NCBI GenBank assembly: GCA_964524795.1
Contig: CAZGEH010000016.1
Location: 6,889-70,888, forward strand
Length of the DNA stretch: 64,000 nucleotides
Reading direction: 5' to 3'
DNA from: an uncultured Acidobacteriota bacterium
GTDB taxonomy: Bacteria; Acidobacteriota; UBA6911; RPQK01; JAPXNP01
The notes below the pieces were generated by a model. It was not told the DNA's origin. It ran no database searches and worked only from the letters and a program-made list of their open reading frames with translations. This document shows positions 40,238-48,505 of this stretch, one piece after another (position 1 is the stretch's first letter; every line of letters begins with the position of its first letter). The translations under genes and the position numbers were made by a program.

Positions 40238-41422
40238 TCAGCGGTGCTCCTCTTCCTCCTCCTCTTCGAACTGGCGCCACAGCTCCAGGATCTGCTCGCG
40301 GTTGCGCACGAAGGTATCCACGATCGCCGGATCGAAATGGGTCCCGCTGCTCCTGACCACCATCTCCATCGCTTCCCGATCCGGCAGCGGCGGCTTGTAG
40401 GGTCGCCAGGAGGTCAAGGCATCGAAGACGTCCGCCATTGACACGATGCGGCATTCCAGCGGAATCGCCTGTCCTTTCAACCGCCGGGGATAGCCGGTGC
40501 CGTCCCATCGTTCGTGGTGTCCCAGGGCGATGGAGGCGGCCATCTCCAGCAGCGGATTGGCGGTACGCGCTCCCCGGTACAGCACGATCTCTCCGCCCCT
40601 CAGGCTGGAGACCGAGATCGCCGACGGCTCCTGGGAGAGGATTTCAGCGCCCATGATGCAGTGCTGTTCCATCAGGCGTCGCTCCACCGCGCTCAGCTTG
40701 CCCTCCTTGAGCAGAATGCTGTCGGGTATCCCCAGCTTGCCGATGTCGTGCAGCGGACTGGTGAGAAAGATGAGGTCCTGGAAGTCCTGGTCCATTCCCA
40801 GGCCTTCCGCCAGCAGCCGGGACAAAACGGCCACCCGCACGACGTGGTAACCGGTCTGATCGTCCCGGTACTCCGCCGCCTTGGCCAAACGCCACACGAT
40901 CTCCCGATGGGATGCCTCCAATTGCCGGGTCCGTTCCCGGACCCGGTAGTCCAGTTCCTCGACCTGACGGGCCAGCCGGTCCTGATAGTGCTTGAGTCGG
41001 AGCGAGCTGCGGATCCTGGCCAGCAGGTCTTCACGGCTCACCGGCTTGTTGAGCAGATCCGTCGCACCAAGATCCAATGCCTGACGCTTCAGAGCGCGGT
41101 CCGAGTCGCCGGTGATGATGATGACGGGGATATTCCGGGTGCGTGCGTCCCCGCGGATCTCCGCCAGCAGCTCGAACCCGTCCCGGCCGGGCATGCGGAT
41201 ATCCGAAATGACGGTATCCACCGGTTGGGACTGCAGACAGGCGAGAGCTTCCTCCACGGTGGTACAGAAATGACTCTCCCAAAGCTGGCCTTCCAACATG
41301 CGGGAGAAGAGATCGAGAACCGCCGGCTCGTCGTCGACAAAGAGCAGGCGCCCGATGGGCTGTTCCAGCCCATCCAACATCTCCGCCGACGGGCGGTCTT
41401 CAAATCCGGACTGCTGCTTCAA
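40238..41422 (-). CDS. Response regulator with HD-GYP phosphodiesterase domain (RpfG-like)
   Basis: FVDDE, SDIRMPG, KP receiver motifs; PLHDIGK and HHERWDGTGYP. Exact start uncertain. Confidence 0.9.
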   Translation of the reverse strand: MKQQSGFEDRPSAEMLDGLEQPIGRLLFVDDEPAVLDLFSRMLEGQLWESHFCTTVEEALACLQSQPVDTVISDIRMPGRDGFELLAEIRGDARTRNIPVIIITGDSDRALKRQALDLGATDLLNKPVSREDLLARIRSSLRLKHYQDRLARQVEELDYRVRERTRQLEASHREIVWRLAKAAEYRDDQTGYHVVRVAVLSRLLAEGLGMDQDFQDLIFLTSPLHDIGKLGIPDSILLKEGKLSAVERRLMEQHCIMGAEILSQEPSAISVSSLRGGEIVLYRGARTANPLLEMAASIALGHHERWDGTGYPRRLKGQAIPLECRIVSMADVFDALTSWRPYKPPLPDREAMEMVVRSSGTHFDPAIVDTFVRNREQILELWRQFEEEEEEEHR

Positions 41423-41538
41423 CGCGATGTCACCCCGACCACCGGGTTGCGGAAAATCTTAACACCGTTGGTCCGATGCAGGAAACACCGGAACCAGAGG
41501 ATAATCGCAGGAGGGACACCCGCTCTGGATTTTGCGGA

Positions 41539-42336
41539 ATGAGTTGGAAGCCAGCCGGCAACCTGTCACATAGCAACCGTTTTCATCGGGCCGCGCGGCT
41601 GCTGCCGGTCTTGGCCCTGCTGGCGGCGTGCGCACCGGCGGAACGCTCACACCGGGAAACCTCGCCGCCGCTGCGGATCACCCCCCGCATACCCATTGAA
41701 GAACTGCGCCGGCAGGCATTGTCCGCTCGGCCCCCTGATGAGCCCGGACCTTTCAGGGAGTCCCGGCTGGTTGACCTCAGCGGTCTGGATCCTGATCTCC
41801 AGTTTGACATCCGCTACGCCACCGAACGCAATTTCCTGGGCGTGCCGGTCTATTCCTCCGCCCAGGCCCTCCTGCAGGCCGAGGCGGCCTGGGCTCTGGT
41901 CAAGGTCCAGCGTGCCTTGGCCAAGGAGGGGCTGGGACTGTTGATCTATGACGCGTATCGTCCTTGGCATGTGACCTGGATCTTTTGGGAGGCAACGCCC
42001 CCGAACCTGCGCCAGTTCGTGGCCGATCCCGCCCAAGGCTCCCGTCACAACCGTGGTTGTGCCGTCGACCTGACCCTCTACGATCTGCGCACCGGGGTTC
42101 CCCTGCCGATGCCCACCGCATACGACGATTTCTCGCCTGCCGCCCACATTGACTACGCGGGGGCCAGCGACGAGGAACGCCGGAACCGCGACCGCCTGCG
42201 CCGTGCCATGGAAGCGGAGGGCTTTGAGCCGTTTCCGCCCGAATGGTGGCACTACGACTTCCACGGCTGGCGGCAATACCCAATCCTGAATACGGCCTTC
42301 GAAGACATCGGCGCAGAAACCGAAGAAGTGGAGTGA
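41539..42336 (+). CDS. ddpX: D-alanyl-D-alanine dipeptidase (M15D, VanX/DdpX-like), probable lipoprotein
   Basis: YDAYRP, SRHNRGCAVD, EWWHYD; lipobox-like LLAAC. Start uncertain (ATG 41476 also in frame). Confidence 0.85.
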   Translation: MSWKPAGNLSHSNRFHRAARLLPVLALLAACAPAERSHRETSPPLRITPRIPIEELRRQALSARPPDEPGPFRESRLVDLSGLDPDLQFDIRYATERNFLGVPVYSSAQALLQAEAAWALVKVQRALAKEGLGLLIYDAYRPWHVTWIFWEATPPNLRQFVADPAQGSRHNRGCAVDLTLYDLRTGVPLPMPTAYDDFSPAAHIDYAGASDEERRNRDRLRRAMEAEGFEPFPPEWWHYDFHGWRQYPILNTAFEDIGAETEEVE

Positions 42337-42443
42337 AGGATCCATCCTCCGCGGCGGTTCTCCCCGCCCGTTCAGGGGGCCGCGGACCGGGTTCGCTTCG
42401 GAGCCCTCCCCTCGACCGGGGCGGCTGGGGGTACAATCGCCCC

Positions 42444-42971
42444 ATGGGACTGCTGGACTTCCTCGGCCTCTCCAGGAGGTCGGAGCCTGCAGCCGACGGT
42501 GACGCGGAGAGCATCCGCCGCATTGCCCGCCGCCTCGACGAGATGGATCCCCGCCAGGCCCGCTACCTGGCCGCCTTCGCCTACCTGCTGGGCCGGGTCG
42601 CCAACGCGGACTCCGCCATCAGCGAGCTGGAGTCCTCCCGCATGGAGGAGCTGGTGGAGGAAAAGGGACATCTTACCCGCGAACAGGCGGTGATGACGGT
42701 GGAGATGGCGAAGCGACAGAACCGGCTGTTCGGCCACGTGGAAAACTTTCTGGTGACCCGCGAATTCAACGAACTGTCCAGCCGTGAGCAGCGGCTGGAA
42801 CTCCTGGACTGCCTGTTTTCGGTCTGCGCGGCCGACCGCAGCATCACCGCTGTGGAGGATCGCGAGATCCGGCAGATCGCCAGTGAGCTGCTGCTGGATC
42901 ACCGGGATTTCATCGACGTGCGTTCCCGATACCGGGAGCACCTGGAGGTGCTGCGCAAGCTCGACGAGTGA
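42444..42971 (+). CDS. TerB-family protein
   Basis: LLGRVANADSAISELE...LLDCLFSVCAADRSIT..E...IRQIA..L. Confidence 0.8.
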   Translation: MGLLDFLGLSRRSEPAADGDAESIRRIARRLDEMDPRQARYLAAFAYLLGRVANADSAISELESSRMEELVEEKGHLTREQAVMTVEMAKRQNRLFGHVENFLVTREFNELSSREQRLELLDCLFSVCAADRSITAVEDREIRQIASELLLDHRDFIDVRSRYREHLEVLRKLDE

Positions 42972-42978
42972 GGGACTT

Positions 42979-43131
42979 TTAATTTCGAGGCGGCCTTTCG
43001 GAAGGCTGATCCGGGTGCGGAACCTCGCACCTTGGACTCACTCAGGTGGGAACTCCCAGCCGGGGCAACACCCATGCCTGCAGGATCAGCCAGCCGGCTA
43101 CAAACAGAATGATCAGCAGTGCATCCCACAT
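42979..43131 (-). CDS. Candidate 50-aa single-pass membrane selenoprotein (Sec at TGA 43044-43042)
   Basis: MWDALLIILFVAGWLILQAWVLPRLGVPT-(TGA)-VSPRCEVPHPDQPSERPPRN-TAA; SECIS-like hairpin 10 nt after the TGA. Alternative reading is a 29-aa peptide. Confidence 0.65.
43014..43031 (-). promoter_or_regulatory. Putative bacterial SECIS element of the microprotein
   Basis: Minus strand GGTGCG-AGGTTC-CGCACC, perfect 6-bp stem with GG in the loop; possible lower stem GTCC/GGAT. Confidence 0.65.
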
Positions 43132-43227
43132 ATCGGCGCTGATGGCGGCAGCCCGGACCGCTCCGGGCCGCCGCCTGCTGATGATATCATCCCGGCAGAT
43201 TTTTCCCGACTGGAGGAGGGATTGCGT

Positions 43228-43749
43228 ATGCGGTGGCTGAACTGGACTCTTTCCGCTTTTGCTTTTCCGGCACTGGCGCTCGGCGCCGCCCCGGACAAGG
43301 GGAGCCCGGCTCCCGACTTCGAATTGCAGGGTTCCGACGGCCGGGTCCACCGGCTGAATGATTATATTGGACGCCAGCCCGTGGTACTGGCCTGGTTCCC
43401 CAAGGCTTTCACCGGCGGCTGAACCGCCGAGTGCAAGTCGCTGCGTGACAGCGGCCAGGAACTCAAAGCTTTCGATGTTGCCTACTTTGCGGTCAGCGTG
43501 GACGACGCCGACACGAACCGGCGGTTTGCCGAATCCCTCGATCTCGATTACCCCATCCTGAGCGACCCGGACAAGTCCGTGGCCAAAGCATACGGAGTCT
43601 TGCATGAATCGGGCAATTTCGCGCAGCGGTGGACGTTCTTCATCGACCGCGCGGGAGTGATCGCCCACATCGACAGGGAGGTTAAGCCCGCCACCGCCGG
43701 ACAGGATCTGGTTCAGCGGCTGGAGGAGCTGAAGTTCCCGAAACGTTGA
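43228..43749 (+). CDS. Selenocysteine-containing peroxiredoxin (AhpC/TSA, BCP-like) with signal peptide
   Basis: GSPAPDFELQG...LAWFPKAFTGG-(TGA 43420-43422)-TAECKSLRD...YPILSDP...QRWTFFID; the TGA occupies the peroxidatic Cys position and the frame continues to 43749. Confidence 0.88.
43437..43455 (+). promoter_or_regulatory. Putative bacterial SECIS element of the peroxiredoxin
   Basis: GTCGCTG-CGTGA-CAGCGGC stem-loop starting 14 nt after the TGA; possible lower stem GAGT (43429-43432)/ACTC (43461-43464). Confidence 0.6.
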
Positions 43750-43777
43750 ACCTTCTTGAACCCTCGAGGAGGTCACC

Positions 43778-45844
43778 ATGAGCACTGTGTGGATTCCGGC
43801 AGCCATGGGGTTGGTCTGTCTGGGTGCGGTCCAGGCGGCACCCACCTGGGATACCGTTCTTTACGGGGCGTCCTATTACCACGAGTACATGCCGTATGAA
43901 CGGCTCGAGGAGGACGTCCGGCTGATGGAGGAAGCGGGCTTGACGGTGGTGCGCCTGGGGGAATCCACCTGGAGCAGTTGGGAGCCCCGGGAAGGCCAGT
44001 TCGAATTTGCCTGGATGGATCGCATCATCGACCGCCTGCACCAGGCGGGGATCAAGGTCATCCTGGGCACCCCCACCTACTCCATCCCCCCCTGGCTCTA
44101 CCGAAAACACCCCGAGATCCTTGTCACCCACCTCAAAGGAGACAAGGCCTGGTACGGCCCCCGCCAGAACATGGACATCACCCATCCCACCTACCTCTTC
44201 TACGCCGAAAGGGTGATCCGCCAGGTGGTTGGGCACTACCGGAACCACCCGGCGGTCATCGGTTACCAGGTCGACAACGAGACGGGCTCCTACGGGACGG
44301 CGGGGCGCAATGTCCAGTTGAGCTTCGTCGATTGCCTCAAGCGCAAGTTCGGCAGCGTTTCCCGCCTGAACGAGATCTGGGGCTTTGTCTACTGGGGGCA
44401 GCTTGTCAACGACTGGGACGAGCTGCCTCCCCGCGACGGAATCCTCAACCCAGGCTACAAGCTGGAGTGGGAACGCCATCAGCGCCAACTGGTCACCGAC
44501 TTTCTGGCCTGGCAGGCCCGAATCGTCAACGAATACCGGCGCCCGGACCAGTTCATCACCCACAACTTCGTGGGCGGCGTCCGGACCGGCATCGACCAGC
44601 CGGCCATCGCCCGCCATCTGGATGTCGCCGCGGTCAATCCCTACCACCCGGTACAGGACGATCTGGATGGCGAATCCATCCACCTCTCGGGCGACCTTTG
44701 CCGATCACTGAAACGGCAGAACTACCTGGTGACGGAGACCAACGCCCAGACCATCGGGTGGGATTCCAGGCAACAGTTCCCTCCTTACGACGGGCAACTC
44801 CGCCTGAACGTGTATTCCCACATCGCAGCCGGCGCCAACCTGGTGGCCTACTGGCACTGGCACTCGCTGCACTACGGGCAGGAGACCTACTGGAAGGGGG
44901 TCCTCTCCCACGATCTCCAGCCCAGCCGGGCTTACCGGGAGGTTGCCCGTATCGCCCAGGAGCTGAAGCGATTCGGTCCCCGGCTGGTCAACCTGCAGCG
45001 CCGTAACGACGTGGCCATTTTGTACAGCATCGATTCCTTTCACGGAATCGAGTTCATGCCGTTCGACGACCGCGTAAACTACATGACCGTCCTCCATCAG
45101 TTGTACCGGACGTTGTACCGGCTCAACGTGGGCGTCGATTTCATCTTCCCGGACACCGAAGACCTGTCCCCCTACAAGCTGATCGTGGTGCCGCCCCTTT
45201 ACATTGCCGACGACGCTCTGCTGGAGCGGCTGGCGGCCTACGTCCGGAACGGCGGGAGGCTTGTCATGTCCTTCAAGAGCGGCTTCTGCAACGAGTTCAG
45301 CACCGTGCGCTGGACTCTGGCGCCGGGACCTTTGCGGGAAGCGGCGGGCTTCAGCTACCAGGAGTTCTCCAACCTGAAGCGGCCGCTGGCGCTGGCCGGA
45401 GATCCCTTCGGCGTGGGCGAGGGAAACCAGGTTTCGGTGTGGGCGGAGTTTCTGGTTCCCGACACTGCCGAAGTGGTGGCCCGGTACGACCATCCGTTTT
45501 TCGGCCGTTTCGCGGCCATCACCCGAAATCGCTACGGCAGCGGAACCTTCACATACCAGGGCACCTTTCTCTCGGATGAACTGCAGCGGGCGGTCCTGCT
45601 CCAGGAGCTGGAAGCTGCGGGGCTGCGCGGCCCGGACCAGGACCTGCCGCCGCGGGTAGCCGTCCGCCACGGGCGCCTGCAGGACGGATCGCCGGTACAC
45701 GTGTACCTGAACTATACGGCCCAGGAACAAACATTCCCCTACAGTGGGGGTCCAGGAACCGAGCTGCTCAGCGGGCGACCGGTGGCCGCCGCAGCAACAA
45801 TCTCGCTGGCGCCGTGGGAGGTGGCGGTCATTGTCGGGGGGTAG
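43778..45844 (+). CDS. Beta-galactosidase, GH42 family
   Basis: YGASYYHEY, RLGESTWSSWEP.EG.F, YQVDNE (acid/base), VTETNA (nucleophile), GQETYWKG. Confidence 0.88.
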   Translation: MSTVWIPAAMGLVCLGAVQAAPTWDTVLYGASYYHEYMPYERLEEDVRLMEEAGLTVVRLGESTWSSWEPREGQFEFAWMDRIIDRLHQAGIKVILGTPTYSIPPWLYRKHPEILVTHLKGDKAWYGPRQNMDITHPTYLFYAERVIRQVVGHYRNHPAVIGYQVDNETGSYGTAGRNVQLSFVDCLKRKFGSVSRLNEIWGFVYWGQLVNDWDELPPRDGILNPGYKLEWERHQRQLVTDFLAWQARIVNEYRRPDQFITHNFVGGVRTGIDQPAIARHLDVAAVNPYHPVQDDLDGESIHLSGDLCRSLKRQNYLVTETNAQTIGWDSRQQFPPYDGQLRLNVYSHIAAGANLVAYWHWHSLHYGQETYWKGVLSHDLQPSRAYREVARIAQELKRFGPRLVNLQRRNDVAILYSIDSFHGIEFMPFDDRVNYMTVLHQLYRTLYRLNVGVDFIFPDTEDLSPYKLIVVPPLYIADDALLERLAAYVRNGGRLVMSFKSGFCNEFSTVRWTLAPGPLREAAGFSYQEFSNLKRPLALAGDPFGVGEGNQVSVWAEFLVPDTAEVVARYDHPFFGRFAAITRNRYGSGTFTYQGTFLSDELQRAVLLQELEAAGLRGPDQDLPPRVAVRHGRLQDGSPVHVYLNYTAQEQTFPYSGGPGTELLSGRPVAAAATISLAPWEVAVIVGG

Positions 45845-45892
45845 CGAGGTAGCGAGGTAGCGGGGTAGCGGGGTTGCAGGGTTGCGAGATTG
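45845..45892 (+). repeat. Six degenerate units of the G-rich 8-mer (CGAGGTAG/CGGGGTAG/CGGGGTTG family)
   Basis: Same unit family as 18265-18596. Confidence 0.8.
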
Positions 45893-45908
45893 CGGGTGAC
45901 GCTCTTAA

Positions 45909-45947
45909 ACCTTTAAACCTTTAAACCCTTCAAATAAACCCTTCAAA
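45909..45947 (+). repeat. ACCTTTAA / ACCCTTCAA short repeats
   Basis: Same unit family as 27967-28006. Confidence 0.7.
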
Positions 45948-47592
45948 GCTTCTGCACCACCACCATGGTCATGTCATCGGTCTGGTCGGTACCGCCCGTA
46001 TAGTCCGAGATGGCGTCCCGCACGCGGTCTTCGAGAGCCTTGCCGCCTTCCCATGCCCAGGTCCTGATGATTTCCACCAGCCGTTCCTCGCCGAACAGCT
46101 CATCCCGCGCGTTCATGGCTTCGGTGATCCCGTCCGTGTAGGCGATCATGACGTCGCCGGGATGCAGCACCAGCGGCTGCGCGGTATAGGTGGCGAAGCT
46201 GAAAGCCCCCAGGATGAGGTCGCCCGCCGCCAGTTCCTCGACTTCCCGGCGGCCAGCACGGTAGACATAGGCCGGGTTGTGCCCGGCGCTGATGTACTCG
46301 CCGCACCCGCGGCCATCAAGGCTGAACAGAAACAGGGTGACAAACCGGTTGCTCTGGGACTTCTCGCACAGGTAACGGTTGACCCGGGTGACCGACGCCT
46401 GCAGCGGCGTTCCGGACCGGCACTCCATCTGCAGGGCACCCTGTACGAGACAGCTCAGCAGCGCAGCCGAAATCCCTTTGCCGGACACATCCGCCAGCAC
46501 GCCGGTCACCGCCGAGTTTTCCCGGGGGAGAAAATCGAAGAAATCGCCTCCCACATGGCGGGTGGGCCGGCTGAAGGCCGTAATCTCGTAACCTTCCACC
46601 GCGGGCAGCTGCTGGGGCAGCAGGGTGCTCTGGGTTTCCTGCGCCAGCGCCAGTTCCTTTTCCAGCGCCTTGCGTTCCTCGAAAGCCTGGATCAGTTCCA
46701 GCTTCTCGAACACATTGGCGGCTTCCACCGCCAGCTTGTTGAGGATTTTCTGGTCCAGCCCGGACAGAGCATGCATGGTCTGGGTTGAGTCCAGGTACAG
46801 AATCCCCCTGACTTCCGGCGTGTCGGAGGTGCTGGAAATCCATTTGAGGGGCATGCAGGCCACCGCCCGCAGATCCATGGCCAGAATGCTCTGCTGCAGG
46901 GCGAAGGCCTGGTCGATGTCCTCGGTCATCAACACCGGCTGACCGCGTTCGAGCACCTCCTGCACCACCGAGTGGCTGGTACGGAAGTCCGACTCCTCCA
47001 GAAGCTCGCCTTGCCCGTTCATGCCGACCACATACTTGAAGCTGGGAACGGTCTTGAGCAGGATGAAACCGCGCTCGGCACCGCTCAGTTTCAAAGCAGC
47101 CTCCAGGATCTGCTGGAACGTCCGCTCCGGCGAAAAGCTCTTCTCCCACTGGTACTGGAAGTTAAGAATGTGGGAAATCTTCTCCAGGTGGGAAGACTCC
47201 GATTCCGGCAGCGGAATCACCGAAGTCAACTGCATCACGGACTTTTCCAGATCGGTGTCCCCCAGCGGCGCATCCAGGCCCCGCAATGACCGCTCACCGG
47301 TGAAAAAGCGCATTTCCACCTGGTCCCGGCCGAAGGAGATGCGGTCCGCGTCACGCAGACGCTGCTCCGAGATCCGCCGCCCGTTCACAAATGTGCCGTG
47401 GGTGCTGTTCAGGTCCTGGAGATAGTAATGCTGCTCGCGCCGGACGATTCGTGCGTGCCGCCGTGAGACGTAAGGATTGGCCAACACCACGTCCGACTCC
47501 GTAAGTCGGCCGACGGAGATCTCGTCCCGGTCGATCTCGAAGCGGCTCTCTTGACCGTCGGCAGTCTTCCAGGCCAGGTAGGGAACAGCCAT
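45943..47592 (-). CDS. FHA-GAF-PP2C (SpoIIE/RsbU-like) phosphatase
   Basis: VGR...VSRRHA...DLNSTHGTFVNG (FHA); GILYLDS (GAF); VGGDFFD, ADVSGKG, YTDGITE, DDMT (PP2C). Confidence 0.88.
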   Translation of the reverse strand: MAVPYLAWKTADGQESRFEIDRDEISVGRLTESDVVLANPYVSRRHARIVRREQHYYLQDLNSTHGTFVNGRRISEQRLRDADRISFGRDQVEMRFFTGERSLRGLDAPLGDTDLEKSVMQLTSVIPLPESESSHLEKISHILNFQYQWEKSFSPERTFQQILEAALKLSGAERGFILLKTVPSFKYVVGMNGQGELLEESDFRTSHSVVQEVLERGQPVLMTEDIDQAFALQQSILAMDLRAVACMPLKWISSTSDTPEVRGILYLDSTQTMHALSGLDQKILNKLAVEAANVFEKLELIQAFEERKALEKELALAQETQSTLLPQQLPAVEGYEITAFSRPTRHVGGDFFDFLPRENSAVTGVLADVSGKGISAALLSCLVQGALQMECRSGTPLQASVTRVNRYLCEKSQSNRFVTLFLFSLDGRGCGEYISAGHNPAYVYRAGRREVEELAAGDLILGAFSFATYTAQPLVLHPGDVMIAYTDGITEAMNARDELFGEERLVEIIRTWAWEGGKALEDRVRDAISDYTGGTDQTDDMTMVVVQKL

Positions 47593-47656
47593 GGAGTGAT
47601 TGCGTCCTCGGGCGCAGATTGTTTCACGCCGGCCGTGCCGCGGGCAAGCCGGCGGT

Positions 47657-48241
47657 TCAGCCGGGCGGCACCTCGTCGGCGACGCGACGGACGATGCGTT
47701 CCAGCCGCCTGGGTACCTCTTTGGCGGTCCCCACGGGCTCCTTCAGCTCGCCCTGCCACAGGATCTGGTCGCTGTCGGCAGGCCGGATGATCAGCGTGAA
47801 GGTGGCGAGCTGTTTGAGACGCGAATGGGGACCCGCTTCGGGGTTGCCGCCGCCTACCGGATCGGAGGACCGGGGTGCAATGGTTCCGGTTCCATGACGG
47901 GCGATGTCCAGGTCCAGTTCCTGAAACACGGTGTAACTGACCAGACAGGGCGCCTGTCCGGCTTCCAGGGGACGTCCCCGCCGGCCCAACCGCTCCTCGG
48001 TGATGCGCCGGACCAGCCGATCCAAGGCTTCCAGCCTGTTCCTTGCTCCTTCCGTGTCGGGGGCGGTGAGGGCATCGAACACCGGAATCCGCTCCTGGGG
48101 CGCCCAGGCCAGACGGCTGCAGGCTGCAAGGGACTGGGCGTCTCCTCGGACCGTCACATCGGCGGCTCCCAGTCCGGCCAGCACCGCCGACCAACCGGCC
48201 GCTATCGCCAAAATCCAGAGTCCTCTTCGCCGGATGAGCAT
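47657..48241 (-). CDS. DUF4136-like secreted protein
   Basis: Signal peptide; C-terminal ATFTLII......QILWQG pattern. Confidence 0.5.
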   Translation of the reverse strand: MLIRRRGLWILAIAAGWSAVLAGLGAADVTVRGDAQSLAACSRLAWAPQERIPVFDALTAPDTEGARNRLEALDRLVRRITEERLGRRGRPLEAGQAPCLVSYTVFQELDLDIARHGTGTIAPRSSDPVGGGNPEAGPHSRLKQLATFTLIIRPADSDQILWQGELKEPVGTAKEVPRRLERIVRRVADEVPPG

Positions 48242-48505
48242 CAGGACTCAAGATAGCCCGAAACCCTCGCTGTTGTGAATCTTCGCGATGCCCACTGATC
48301 CGTGAGGTCCCTGTGATCCGCGCTGATCCCTGATCAGCGAGATCCGTGCTGCCTCCAGGATCCACACAGACCGCACGCTCTGCGACAGCCCGCCGGCCGG
48401 ATTTTTTCCCCAGCTCATGAACCCTCTTCAGCAATAATGTCCTCAATCAATACAAACCCGTCAAACCGGGGAATTCGCAAGACCATCTACGGAGGGACTG
48501 CAGCC

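Noticed and set aside
43498-43749. Stand-alone 83-aa ORF, and 42784-43422 as a separate 212-aa ORF
   Set aside because: They are the two halves of one peroxiredoxin interrupted by a probable Sec codon; the real start is ATG 43228.
43132-43845. Upstream part of the 267-aa minus-strand ORF 43042-43845
   Set aside because: Antisense to the peroxiredoxin; only the part from ATG 43131 looks like a real protein.
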